A stretch of DNA of 64,000 bases from a virus (Duplodnaviria > Caudoviricetes). Below, in pieces: positions 1 through 9,234 of the stretch. The notes beneath the pieces are model-generated. The model searched no databases, was not told where the DNA came from, and saw only the letters and a program-made list of their open reading frames with translations. Numbering within the stretch: the stretch's first letter is position 1; the number at the start of each line of letters is the position of its first letter. The DNA lies in IMG/VR virus record IMGVR_UViG_2808606757_000001, positions 1,416-65,415 of that record, one strand, 5' to 3'. The position numbers were made by a program, and so were the translations under genes.

Positions 1-205
1 CGGGTTACCCGCCGAGGGGTGTTTGCTGTGACTTTGTACCTGGACGTGCAGTTCGGACGTGGTGAAAAGACAGCCTGGACGCCCCCCCCCCGCAGTTTTA
101 AGGGTGTCGCTAACTCGGGGGGGTTGGCTACTGAGTAACGGGTTCCTAAGCGGCATTTCCGCAGGTCAAATCACACAACTGTAATTTGCTGGGTCGCAAA
201 TTATT

Positions 206-227
206 TGTCGGCGCAACCATCTACCCT
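206..227 (+). promoter_or_regulatory. PafBC-type (RecA-independent DNA damage) promoter
   Basis: TGTCGG (206-211) + 10 nt + TACCCT (222-227) is an exact match to the TGTCGG-N10-TANNNT consensus; upstream of the RBS and ATG at 269. Confidence 0.75.
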
Positions 228-268
228 CCTCTCACAGCAGTTGTGCAGGACCCAGAGGGGAAAGCTTG

Positions 269-463
269 ATGAGCGACGACGATCTAAGTGCCACACTCGA
301 TTTGATCCATGCGGAGATGGACGTGCTGCCTCCGACCGAGTGGTCATTGATCGAAGCCCGTCGCGTTCTTGCCACGCTTACCGGACTTCGCCGGGCGCGG
401 AATCCGGTCTTGAATCTGGGATGCGTCTCGTCGCCGCGACTTCGCCGACGGCTGGGCGCGTGA
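269..463 (+). CDS. Small protein, candidate damage-inducible anti-repressor
   Basis: ORF MSDDDLSATLDLIHAEMD...; purine-rich RBS (GAGGGGAAAG); own promoter; overlaps the repressor 3' end on the opposite strand. Confidence 0.55.
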   Translation: MSDDDLSATLDLIHAEMDVLPPTEWSLIEARRVLATLTGLRRARNPVLNLGCVSSPRLRRRLGA

Positions 464-1258
464 GCCTGGTGGATGGTGGTCTCCGGCCGGCCTGGCCGAT
501 TCTTCGTCAGCAACCTCGCCGGCGCCGGCCTCCTGGTCTTGCTGGGTTTCCGGCGATGCATCCGATTGCGGCGCATTCTCCACGGTGTTGTCGGCATGTT
601 GTGTTCCTTTCTGGAAGTGCTGCATGGCGGCGACGGCGTCATACAGTTCGTTGAGTTGTGAGCGCGCGACGCGTGATGCGTTGCGCTCGTCGGCAAGTTC
701 GGATGCGTGGTCGCGATACCAGTTGGCGACCCGGAACAGAGGCGCTACCGATTCGTAGACCATCTCCTCGAAGGTTTCACGGTGATCTTCGGGAACGAAG
801 GGGTCCAGCCAATCGACGAGCTCACCGGTCGTCCGGAGCGCGGTGGCGACATTCCCTGCTAGCTCGCTGATCCGGTTCCACTCACGTTGCGCGCGTTCCC
901 AATCCCGTTGGTGGTACTGGGTGAACACTCGGAGCAGCTCTACGACGGCGCGGCGTTCGGACGGGCCGAGGTTGTCGACTCCGGGCGGCAGGACGCTGGC
1001 AAATGGTGCACGGGGCGCGTCCTGGCCGGCCGCGTCGAATGCCTTGTCCTCGGGGACGTTGGCCAGCCAGGCGATCGCCCTGATCGTGGTTGCGGTCGGG
1101 TCCCCGTTGTACGTGCCGCTGCGGATCCGGTTGAGCGTCGTGTGTGACACGTCGTAGCCGGCCGCGGCTGCGATGTCCGCGAGGCGTCGTCCGGACGCCC
1201 CGTCGTGCTTGGCGCTCGCCAGCTCTATGAGCTCGGGAAGCGTGTGTTTCTCGGTCAC
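344..1258 (-). CDS. Immunity repressor (N-terminal XRE-like HTH)
   Basis: SGRRLADIAAAAGYDVSHTTLNRIRSG HTH; divergent from a cro-like gene; probable GTG start at 1258; no S24 peptidase motif seen. Confidence 0.75.
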   Translation of the reverse strand: MTEKHTLPELIELASAKHDGASGRRLADIAAAAGYDVSHTTLNRIRSGTYNGDPTATTIRAIAWLANVPEDKAFDAAGQDAPRAPFASVLPPGVDNLGPSERRAVVELLRVFTQYHQRDWERAQREWNRISELAGNVATALRTTGELVDWLDPFVPEDHRETFEEMVYESVAPLFRVANWYRDHASELADERNASRVARSQLNELYDAVAAMQHFQKGTQHADNTVENAPQSDASPETQQDQEAGAGEVADEESARPAGDHHPPGSRAQPSAKSRRRDASQIQDRIPRPAKSGKRGKNATGFDQ

Positions 1259-1312
1259 GCCAGAAATGATGATCCCCAATCGTCCGGTCGTGCCAGATTG
1301 ATGCACGAATTT

Positions 1313-1410
1313 GGCGACAAGTGAAGCACGCTCCACGCGGCGACAACCAGGGTTTGTGCCACTTGTCATCTTGACGAGTAGATGGCAGCTGGTGCATGAT
1401 CCACTTGTCA
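1313..1410. promoter_or_regulatory. Divergent immunity control region with operator repeats
   Basis: CCACTTGTCA at 1359 and 1401, inverse CGACAAGTG at 1315; rightward TTGACG(1371)-N18-CATGAT(1395). Confidence 0.65.
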
Positions 1411-1428
1411 ACCCGAAGATTGGAGCGC

Positions 1429-1746
1429 ATGATGGCTAAATCACACCGGCGTAAGCCACCTCAGCGAAGAAAGGACGTGTGGATGCACGTCATCGACGGC
1501 AACCGGATTCGACGGTGGCGCAAGCAACGTCACTACTCGCAACGGGAGCTCGCGTTCCTCGTTCGCCGCACCCAGTCCACGATCTACTTGATCGAAACGG
1601 GCAAACTTCGAGACATCACCGAAGACCTGGCGCTGGCGTTGGCGGCCCGGCTCGACGTGCCGTGGGAGGACCTCTTCGAGGCCCGTGAGGATTCTTTGCC
1701 GTCCGATGTGACAACTGGTGCATGTGCCACCAGTCAATCCGCCTGA
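1429..1746 (+). CDS. Cro-like XRE HTH regulator
   Basis: IRRWRKQRHYSQRELAFLVRRTQSTIYLIETG is a classic XRE HTH; divergent from the repressor; start uncertain. Confidence 0.85.
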   Translation: MMAKSHRRKPPQRRKDVWMHVIDGNRIRRWRKQRHYSQRELAFLVRRTQSTIYLIETGKLRDITEDLALALAARLDVPWEDLFEAREDSLPSDVTTGACATSQSA

Positions 1747-1765
1747 CCCGCTGCGGCGGTGACAA

Positions 1766-1987
1766 ATGAGAGGGGTCGATGTGTCAGATTCAGCACCAGA
1801 CAGCAGGCCGAGGCCGACGCTGCTTACCGTGCCGGAGACCGCCAAGGCCATGCGGTGCGGGAAGACGACGGTCTACTCGCTGCTTAAGCAGGGCGAGCTG
1901 CGGTCGGTGAAGGTGGCGGGCCGTCGGTTCGTCACCGCCGCCGAGGTGGAGCGGTTCATCGCCGAGCACGAGCGGGTGTCGGCATGA
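1766..1987 (+). CDS. Excisionase-like (Xis/MerR-type HTH) protein
   Basis: LLTVPETAKAMRCGKTTVYSLLKQGELRSVKVAGRRFV. Confidence 0.8.
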   Translation: MRGVDVSDSAPDSRPRPTLLTVPETAKAMRCGKTTVYSLLKQGELRSVKVAGRRFVTAAEVERFIAEHERVSA

Positions 1988-2787
1988 GCACCCGCATCCC
2001 CGACCCGGGTGGAGCGTCGGGCACCTTCGCCGCCCTCGAGAAGACCCGTCCGGCCGACGAGCCGATCGAGTTCAAGTTCGGTGAGCGCGTCTTGCCCATC
2101 CTGGTGTGGCTGATCGACGGTGAGCCTTGGTTCGCCGCGAGCGTGGTCGCCGCCGAGTTGGGCTACCGGATGGCCTCGGACATGACGCGCCGACTGGACG
2201 CCGACGAGAAGGGTACGCGTTCAGTGCGTACCCCTGGCGGTGTCCAGAACATCACCATCATCAGCGAGTCGGGGCTGTACACCGCGATCCTCGGCAGCCG
2301 GATCCCCGGCGCTGTGGAGTTCAAGCGGTGGGTCACCCACGAGGTGTTGCCCGCGCTCCGCCGCACCGGCACCTATTCCACGACTCCGGCGCTGACCGAA
2401 GACGAGATTGTGCACCAGGCGCTCGCCATCACCGCGCGCCGCGTCGAACAGCTGGCCGAGCAAGTCGCGGAGCTGACCCCGAAGGCTGAGTTCTACGACG
2501 AGCTGATGGAGGCCGACGGAACCTACTCGCTGTTGGCCACGGCGAAGATGATCGGCTGGGGCCGCAACGTGATGATGCGGGAGCTGCGCCGCGCCGGGGT
2601 GTTACAGGGCAACAACCTTCCGTACCAGCGGTATTCGCATCACTTCAAGATCGTGGCGGGCACGTACACCAACGGCAAGACCGGCGAGACGGTGCCGACG
2701 GCGACCACCTACGTGCGGCCGTCGGGCGTGGCGTTCCTGCGCAAGAAGCTGGCCCGCGCTCTGGAGCTGGCGGAGGTGGACGCCTGA
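1984..2787 (+). CDS. Antirepressor (Bro-N + ANT/KilA-C)
   Basis: GEPWFAASVVAAELGY...IISESGLY...FKRWVTHEVLPALRRTGTY; C-terminal PKAEFYDELMEADGT. Confidence 0.9.
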   Translation: MSTRIPDPGGASGTFAALEKTRPADEPIEFKFGERVLPILVWLIDGEPWFAASVVAAELGYRMASDMTRRLDADEKGTRSVRTPGGVQNITIISESGLYTAILGSRIPGAVEFKRWVTHEVLPALRRTGTYSTTPALTEDEIVHQALAITARRVEQLAEQVAELTPKAEFYDELMEADGTYSLLATAKMIGWGRNVMMRELRRAGVLQGNNLPYQRYSHHFKIVAGTYTNGKTGETVPTATTYVRPSGVAFLRKKLARALELAEVDA

Positions 2788-3077
2788 TGTCCACGACCGA
2801 TCTGGCTGCTGAGCTTTCCGCTGTCCGTGCGGTGTTGGAGGAGTCCGAGGCCGAGCGGGTGAACTTCGCTCCGCTGCTGCGGGATGCGCACGAGGCGAAC
2901 GCCAGCATGGCGCGCGAGTTCGCGCAGATGCATGAGGACCGGGAGCGGATCCGCGGTGAGCGTGACGACCTGGCGGTGGAGCTTGCGGCCGCGCGCGAGG
3001 AGATCGCGGAGCTGCGCGCCGCAGCTGGTCCGACCGAGGTCGTTCTGGCCGACGGCGGAGTGGCGGTGTTTTCGTGA
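2787..3077 (+). CDS. Hypothetical coiled-coil protein
   Basis: Start overlaps upstream stop; heptad-rich. Confidence 0.65.
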   Translation: MSTTDLAAELSAVRAVLEESEAERVNFAPLLRDAHEANASMAREFAQMHEDRERIRGERDDLAVELAAAREEIAELRAAAGPTEVVLADGGVAVFS

Positions 3078-3664
3078 GCGATCTGTCTGACCTGCTCCGT
3101 GGCACAGCTGATTTCATCGACGCCGTCACGGACGCGTACCGGGAGCGGCGCGCGGGGTTTTCCGAGCGTGAGGCCGGCGACTACCTCGACACCGCGGGGG
3201 TTGATCACGCGCCTGGGCCCGATGGCCTGTCTCTGACCCACCCGGGCGGCTGGTGCTACCCCACGGACGGCACCCCGGATGACGTGGTCGACGCCGAGGT
3301 GCATTGCGAGGGCTGCAACTGCCCCACGATCTGCGGGTGCGGCCGGGAAATCTACGCCGAGTACGACCGCCCTGGCGCGCCGCCGTTGTGGTTTCACCGC
3401 GACGACGATTCGCCGATCACCTTGCAGTGCGCCCGAATTCCCCTGGCTGAGCCGACCGCCGAGGAGTTGGCCGAGTTGGCTGCCCGGCGTGACGTGCTGC
3501 ATGTGATTCCTGACGACCCGTCCGAGGTGTCTCACGAGGATCTGGCCGCGCACATCACCGGCGTGTTCACGGGCGATGAGTTCGAGCAGGTGGACGGCAT
3601 CGAGTGCACGAGCGACCACCTCGCCAGCTCTCTGCTGGCCGACTACCGCATCACCAAGAAGTAG
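3074..3664 (+). CDS. Hypothetical protein with Cys cluster
   Basis: GTGA overlap; CEGCNCPTICGC. Confidence 0.65.
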   Translation: MSDLSDLLRGTADFIDAVTDAYRERRAGFSEREAGDYLDTAGVDHAPGPDGLSLTHPGGWCYPTDGTPDDVVDAEVHCEGCNCPTICGCGREIYAEYDRPGAPPLWFHRDDDSPITLQCARIPLAEPTAEELAELAARRDVLHVIPDDPSEVSHEDLAAHITGVFTGDEFEQVDGIECTSDHLASSLLADYRITKK

Positions 3665-3727
3665 GCCCCGCCCGGTCGCACCCGGTCGAGGCCCTGACAC
3701 CAGCACCAACCCCGAGAGAGGAAACCA

Positions 3728-4006
3728 GTGTCAACGCAAGAGCTTACCTATGAGATCGCGGAGGGCGAGGACGGGAAACGTCTCGTCGCCACGATCGACA
3801 TCCCGGAGCGGGATTTTCCGCTGCAGGTGGGTGTCGCCGTCCACGTCGTCGATGCCTGGGTGGTGATCCTGTGGGACGAGCGTGTCGCGCAGGACCAGGC
3901 GTCGGCGTCGTTCAAGTCCGAGGATCGCGCGACGGCGTTGCAGGTGTTGGACTTTCACGCCGCCCTGGTCACCCGGCTCGTCGCTGCGCAGGCGGTGCCG
4001 GCGTGA
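3728..4006 (+). CDS. Hypothetical protein
   Basis: RBS GAGAGGAAA before GTG. Confidence 0.65.
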   Translation: MSTQELTYEIAEGEDGKRLVATIDIPERDFPLQVGVAVHVVDAWVVILWDERVAQDQASASFKSEDRATALQVLDFHAALVTRLVAAQAVPA

Positions 4007-4410
4007 AGGCGGTCGGGAAGTTCCCGGTGCGCCGGTTTTTCGGCGCGATGTCGGTGGGTGCCTTCGTGGTCACGGGCGTCGCCTGGGCCACTGTGCCGGC
4101 CAAGGCCGCTCCCGGTCTGGGTTGCGAGACCATCGCCGCTCCGGGACTGCTGGCCTGGGGTCAGAAGCGCACCATCTGCGACGGCCCACGCAACGCCGAT
4201 GGCAGCTGGTGGCGCAAGCGCCAGTACTGGACGCCGGCTCACTACGTGCCGTGGTCCTGCTACCGGGGTTCCTGCACCGGTGGGTACCAGGTTGCTGACA
4301 CGGTGTCGCGGTTCGACGAGTACCCCGTCAGCGACGCGCCGGACGCGGAGAACAAGCCACTCGCCGGCGAGCCGGGTTGGCTGCCAACCGGATCGGTGGT
4401 GATCCGGTGA
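4003..4410 (+). CDS. Secreted CDGP-motif protein
   Basis: Signal peptide ending PAKA; ICDGPRNADGSWWR motif typical of mycobacteriophage secreted proteins. Confidence 0.7.
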   Translation: MKAVGKFPVRRFFGAMSVGAFVVTGVAWATVPAKAAPGLGCETIAAPGLLAWGQKRTICDGPRNADGSWWRKRQYWTPAHYVPWSCYRGSCTGGYQVADTVSRFDEYPVSDAPDAENKPLAGEPGWLPTGSVVIR

Positions 4411-4754
4411 AGGTCGAAACCACCCTCGATGACAACGGTCGCCGAACGATTCGCGCGGTGGACGAGCGTGGCATCCTCGCGTTCGCGATCGAGTTCCCTG
4501 ATCCCGATCCGTATCTCAACGGCACCTACTGGACGTTGGGTAGCGCGTTCGGGCCGACCACCGGCTATCCGTCGCTGGACTCCGAACAGGCCGCCCGCGA
4601 TTGGGTCGGGTTCATCGGTGGGTTGATGGAGAGCAAGCCGCTCGCCCGGCCGGTGCCGGTGTGGTGCCCCAACGATCACCGGCAGGCCGTCGCTGATGCT
4701 GCGCAGCATCAGACCGAGCGTGGACTGCGCCTGGTGTCGGGTGGTGCCGAATGA
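4407..4754 (+). CDS. Hypothetical protein
   Basis: GTGA translational coupling. Confidence 0.6.
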   Translation: MKVETTLDDNGRRTIRAVDERGILAFAIEFPDPDPYLNGTYWTLGSAFGPTTGYPSLDSEQAARDWVGFIGGLMESKPLARPVPVWCPNDHRQAVADAAQHQTERGLRLVSGGAE

Positions 4755-4924
4755 ACCGGGGCAGGCACCGCGCCAACAAGTTCAGCTTGCGGGTCAAGGA
4801 CATAACCCCGAGCTGGAAGGTAACCCGGTTCCCCGGCCAGCCGATGGTGCGGCCGTACGCGCCGATCGACCGCTACCTGCGCCTCGTCGGCATGCAGCAC
4901 ATCAGCTTTGGCGGTGCCCGATGA
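4751..4924 (+). CDS. Small basic hypothetical protein (57 aa)
   Basis: ATGA overlaps at both ends; MNRGRHRANKFSLRVK... Confidence 0.5.
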   Translation: MNRGRHRANKFSLRVKDITPSWKVTRFPGQPMVRPYAPIDRYLRLVGMQHISFGGAR

Positions 4925-5220
4925 GCGGGGAACTGATCGGTGAAGTTCAGCTGTCGACCGGCGGCTTCGTCCGGGTGTCGGTGAGCCCCGTGACGGGCGA
5001 GCTCTATGTCAGGCCGCTGACGAGAGACCACCGCTACAGGGATTGCCACGGCCTCGATCTGGCCGCTGTGGACGCGAATGCCGTCGCTCAGTTGGTACTT
5101 CGCGCCGCGGCGCTCGCCCCGTCGATCAAGGCAGCCCACGAGGTACGACAGCGGGCAGTCCAGACCGCCGAAGCCACGTATGAGCGCATCGTGGCCAACG
5201 CGATCGGACGTGCCCAATGA
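4921..5220 (+). CDS. Hypothetical protein
   Basis: ATGA coupling. Confidence 0.6.
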   Translation: MSGELIGEVQLSTGGFVRVSVSPVTGELYVRPLTRDHRYRDCHGLDLAAVDANAVAQLVLRAAALAPSIKAAHEVRQRAVQTAEATYERIVANAIGRAQ

Positions 5221-5636
5221 CCGCCCCGGTGCTCGACCTCGCCCCCGAGGCTGATGTCGATCGCGTCGCCGAGGCCGCACTGCTGGTCACCGACCGGCTG
5301 ACCGACCCCCAGCTGTACTTCGAACTGGTCGACCTATGCCGGGACCATCCGGCGAAGGCCGCGCAGATCATCATGTGCCTCGCCGCGTGGCACGACGGCG
5401 CCGACCCGGAGACCCTCGCCGAACGCGCCGAGGCCGCCGCCCGCCCCGAAATCGACTGGCGGGCAGTCAACTGGGTTGTCACCGAGCGGCTGCGGATGCC
5501 CCTCAACCGGGCCGAACGCCGCGAAGTCATCTTGCAGCTCGCCGGCAAAGCCAACGACACCGAAATCGGGAACCTCCTCGACCTGTCGGGTGACGCGGTG
5601 ATGCAGCTCCGCCGACGGATGGGGCTGGTGGCATGA
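5217..5636 (+). CDS. Hypothetical protein with C-terminal HTH
   Basis: LNRAERREVILQLAGKANDTEIGNLLDLSGDAVMQLRRR resembles a sigma4-like HTH. Confidence 0.65.
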   Translation: MTAPVLDLAPEADVDRVAEAALLVTDRLTDPQLYFELVDLCRDHPAKAAQIIMCLAAWHDGADPETLAERAEAAARPEIDWRAVNWVVTERLRMPLNRAERREVILQLAGKANDTEIGNLLDLSGDAVMQLRRRMGLVA

Positions 5637-5980
5637 CGCGGGCGTTGTGGTGGGCCGCGTGGGTGTTCGGCGTGATCGCCGCGGTCGCGTTCCTGCTGCT
5701 GTTGCGCGAACTGTTCGTCGTCACAGCCATTCTCGCCGCCCTGGCGGCCATGGGCTGGGGGTTCCGCGTCCACCCCAACCACCACTTCGTCACTACCAAA
5801 CACCCACCGAATCGAGGTCGATCAGTGATGGCTTACGAGTACGAGACCACCGAGTGGAATCGGGCCATGTACGGCTCGACCGAGACCGAGCTGGACATCG
5901 CGGCCAACTCGCACCGCGCCGCGGTCGGGCAGTGCGGGGACCGGTCCGACGCGCTCGACGAGATCGGCGGCCGGCGATGA
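5633..5980 (+). CDS. Membrane protein (two N-terminal TM segments)
   Basis: Hydrophobic N-terminus; ATGA coupling. Confidence 0.55.
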   Translation: MTRALWWAAWVFGVIAAVAFLLLLRELFVVTAILAALAAMGWGFRVHPNHHFVTTKHPPNRGRSVMAYEYETTEWNRAMYGSTETELDIAANSHRAAVGQCGDRSDALDEIGGRR

Positions 5981-6327
5981 CCGAGCCGATCCGCAGTGCC
6001 GAATCCCGCGAGGTGTTCATCTACCTCGAAGGCCGTGAGGGTGTGCCGGCTGAAATCTGGACGAACCCGGGCGACTACGGCGACAGCCGCCGGAAGCGAC
6101 TCAAGCCGCGCTGTATCAGCGTGACGTGGCGCCGGAGAAACGCTGAGCCGTGGCAGGTCTCGTGGCTCAACGTGCACGCCAACTACATGCACGCCAACGC
6201 GAGCAACACCGGAATGTCGGTGTGCTTCATCGCTGGTCCAGGTGGCGAGCTCCGCCGTCCGGTTGAGGACTGGATGCGCGACCTGCTCGCTGAGTTCACA
6301 CCCGAGGGGGAGGTGGTGCCGGTATGA
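5977..6327 (+). CDS. Hypothetical protein
   Basis: ATGA coupling on both sides. Confidence 0.6.
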   Translation: MTEPIRSAESREVFIYLEGREGVPAEIWTNPGDYGDSRRKRLKPRCISVTWRRRNAEPWQVSWLNVHANYMHANASNTGMSVCFIAGPGGELRRPVEDWMRDLLAEFTPEGEVVPV

Positions 6328-7241
6328 CGATCCCCACCAAGGACGGGATGTACCGTCACGTCGACGAGGACGCCTACCACGCTGACCGCGGGTCGCTGTC
6401 GGTGTCCGGTGCGAAGCTGCTGTTGCCGCCGTCATGCCCGGCCAAGTTCCGGTGGGTGATGGACAACGAGCGGAAACCCAAGAAGGAATGGGACTTCGGG
6501 CACGTCACCCACCACCTGGTCTTGGGTAAGGGCGCAGCGTTCGAGGTGCTCGACCCCGCCGTGCACGGACTTACGAAGGACGGCAAGCCGGCACAACAGC
6601 CGACCGCGACCGCTGGGTGGAAAGCTGCCGTCGCGGCGGCCCGCGATAGCGGTCTGGTGCCGGTCTCGCTGGCCGACCACGAGAAGGCCCAGCAGATGGC
6701 CGCCAAGGTGTTCGCGCACCCGATCGCCGGGCCGATCTTCGCCGATGGTGACGCCGAAGTCGCTCTGTACCACACCGATCCCGAGACCGGGGTGCGGTTG
6801 CGGGGCCGCGTCGACTGGCTGCAACCCAACGGCGACATCGACGACTACAAGACCTCCACCACCGCCAACCCGGCCGAGCTGATCCGAAAGTTCTGGACCC
6901 TCAGCTATTTCATGCAAGCCGCCTGGTACCGGGACCTCGTCATTGCGCTGGGAATCGCGGAGAACCCCCGCTTTCGGTTCGTGGTGCAGGAGAAAGAACC
7001 CCCGTTCCTGGTGAGCGTCGTCGAGTACGACGACCAGGCCATCGCGGAGGGACAGCGCCTCAACCGGCAGGCCATCGACCTGTATGCGCGGTGCCAGGAG
7101 TCCGGCATGTGGCCGGGCTACGCGGACACCGACGTCGTGACCATCAGCCTGCCCGGCTGGGTGGCCCGGCGGGCCGAGCTCGAAGCGGATCAGCAAGAAG
7201 CAGAACACCTTATCGCCGAATTGGAAGGGATCTATCAGTGA
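6324..7241 (+). CDS. recE: RecE-like PD-(D/E)xK exonuclease (exonuclease VIII type)
   Basis: YH...LSVSGAKLLL, FGHVTH, RGRVDWL...DYKT, YFMQAAWY; adjacent to RecT. Confidence 0.9.
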   Translation: MTIPTKDGMYRHVDEDAYHADRGSLSVSGAKLLLPPSCPAKFRWVMDNERKPKKEWDFGHVTHHLVLGKGAAFEVLDPAVHGLTKDGKPAQQPTATAGWKAAVAAARDSGLVPVSLADHEKAQQMAAKVFAHPIAGPIFADGDAEVALYHTDPETGVRLRGRVDWLQPNGDIDDYKTSTTANPAELIRKFWTLSYFMQAAWYRDLVIALGIAENPRFRFVVQEKEPPFLVSVVEYDDQAIAEGQRLNRQAIDLYARCQESGMWPGYADTDVVTISLPGWVARRAELEADQQEAEHLIAELEGIYQ

Positions 7242-8233
7242 CCACTGCTGTTGAGAAGAGGAACGACAGGCCGAATCTGGCTCAGCTCATTGACCAGATG
7301 AAGCCGGAGATCGCCAAGGTTTTGCCTGGCCAGTTCAAGCCGGAGCGTATGGCGCGGATCGCCACCACCACGTTGCGGCAGACCCCCGCGTTGGCGCGCA
7401 CCACACCGGAGTCGTTCCTGGGTGCGCTGCTCACCGCCAGCCAGTTGGGTTTGGAGCCGGGCGGTGTCAGGCCGGGCTGCTACTTCGTGCCCTACGGCAA
7501 CGTGTGCACGTTCATCCCGTCTTGGTTCGGGCTGGTCGACCTCGCCAGGCGGAGCGGCCAGGTGGTCGATGTGTGGGCCGAAATCGTCTACGAGAACGAC
7601 ACCTTCGTCTACACGTTGGGCCTCGACCGGAGCATCGAGCGCCACGACCCACCGCCGCTCGGCCAGGACCGCGGCGAGCCGATCGGTGTGTACGCCGCGG
7701 CCGAGCTGGTCACCGGCGGAAAGCCGTTCGTCGTGATGACGGTCGCCGAGGTCAACAAGATCCGCGACCGGTCCCGCGCCTCGAAGAACGGGCCGTGGGT
7801 GACCGACTGGGCGGCCATGGCGAAGAAAACCGTCGTCAAGCAGCTCTGCAAGTGGCTGCCCGCGTCCGCTGAGATGCAGTCGGCGCTCACCCTGGACGGC
7901 ACAGTGCGCACCGACATCAGCGCATTGGTGGATGTGAAGCCGGACTACGTGGACGGTGAGGTCGAGGAGTCCTCGCCGGCGATCGACGCCCCGGCCGACG
8001 AGGCCCCTGCCGATCCGGAGGTCGTCGACGGCCAGGCGACTGAGGTCCGCATGGCAACCAAGGCGCAGCTCGACCGGCTCAAGCAGATCCAGCAGTCGGA
8101 GAAGTACGACTCCGACGCCGACTGGTTCTCATACCTGCACGACGCGGCGGGTGTGAAGGCCAAGCGTGCAGCGGATGTCACGTATGACGAGGCGGTCGCG
8201 GTGATCAGCCTGTTCGACGGGCCGGGCGAGTGA
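7238..8233 (+). CDS. recT: RecT single-strand annealing protein
   Basis: SFLGALLTASQLGLEP, YFVPY, VYEND-F, PWVTDWAAMAKKTVVKQLCKWLP. Confidence 0.93.
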   Translation: MTTAVEKRNDRPNLAQLIDQMKPEIAKVLPGQFKPERMARIATTTLRQTPALARTTPESFLGALLTASQLGLEPGGVRPGCYFVPYGNVCTFIPSWFGLVDLARRSGQVVDVWAEIVYENDTFVYTLGLDRSIERHDPPPLGQDRGEPIGVYAAAELVTGGKPFVVMTVAEVNKIRDRSRASKNGPWVTDWAAMAKKTVVKQLCKWLPASAEMQSALTLDGTVRTDISALVDVKPDYVDGEVEESSPAIDAPADEAPADPEVVDGQATEVRMATKAQLDRLKQIQQSEKYDSDADWFSYLHDAAGVKAKRAADVTYDEAVAVISLFDGPGE

Positions 8234-8853
8234 CCGATCTCGTATTCCTGGACACGGAAACGCTGGGCATCGCCATCGACGCCCCGATCTGGGAGTTCGC
8301 CGCGATCAGGCGCCGCCCGGCGGCTGAGGTCGAGCCGTCGATGTTCACCGATGTGCCCGCCGATGCGTGGATCGAAGAGGAACTGCACCTGTTCATCCAG
8401 CACGACCCGGACGGGTGGATCGATGATCCGAAGTTCCCGGACGAGTTCAAGCGGGATTATGCGGCGCGGTTCAACCCGGACAAGGCGCGGTCGAAGCAGT
8501 CGGCGGCCCGGTCGATCGCGTCGTTCCTCGGTGGCCGGCCGCACATTGTCGGGGCGGTGCCGAACTTCGACACCGTGCGGATCAGCCACCAGTTGTTCTC
8601 TCGCTGCGGGATTGTCGACCCGTGGCATTACCACCTCAAGGACGTCGAGAACGTCGCTGAGGGGTATCTACAGGGCCGCGCGCGGATGGGTGACGTCGAG
8701 GCGGCGGCGTTCCTGGCGCGCGGGGAGTGGACCTCCGACGAGTTGTCCGCCGCGGTCGGTGTCGATCCCGCAGGGTTCAACCGGCACACCGCAATGGGTG
8801 ACGTGAAGTGGGTTCGGGCGCAGTGGGATGCCGTGACGGGCGGTGCCCGGTGA
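8230..8853 (+). CDS. DEDDh 3'-5' exonuclease (DnaQ-like)
   Basis: VFLDTETLG, NFD and HTAMGD motifs. Confidence 0.85.
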   Translation: MTDLVFLDTETLGIAIDAPIWEFAAIRRRPAAEVEPSMFTDVPADAWIEEELHLFIQHDPDGWIDDPKFPDEFKRDYAARFNPDKARSKQSAARSIASFLGGRPHIVGAVPNFDTVRISHQLFSRCGIVDPWHYHLKDVENVAEGYLQGRARMGDVEAAAFLARGEWTSDELSAAVGVDPAGFNRHTAMGDVKWVRAQWDAVTGGAR

Positions 8854-9203
8854 CCCTCACACCCGCGCAGCACTATCAGCGTGCCGACGAGCTGCTGGCC
8901 GAGTTGGAGACCTACGACCCGATCGCGGCGACGCGGGTGCCGACGACCCAGTTCAAGCTCCGGCTGGCCGAGGTGCACGCCCGGCTCGCCCAATCCCCGT
9001 GGTGGCCCGACCTCGTCGCCGATCGTGACGACGACCCCACTGCCCACCAGTGCGAACCGTGGCAGCACCTGGAGCACCCCGACGGCGGCTGCTACTGCGG
9101 CGCCTGCGGCGCCCGCCCGCCTCGCCCCTATCTCGACTGGGACACCGGCAAACCGAAGCCATGCCCCATCGAAACCCGCTGTGCCACAGGCGACCGCCTG
9201 TAA
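8850..9203 (+). CDS. Hypothetical protein, Cys/His-rich C-terminus
   Basis: GTGA coupling; CYCGAC. Confidence 0.6.
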   Translation: MTLTPAQHYQRADELLAELETYDPIAATRVPTTQFKLRLAEVHARLAQSPWWPDLVADRDDDPTAHQCEPWQHLEHPDGGCYCGACGARPPRPYLDWDTGKPKPCPIETRCATGDRL

Positions 9204-9234
9204 TCCCCATCCTCGGAAAGGAAACCCAACCATC

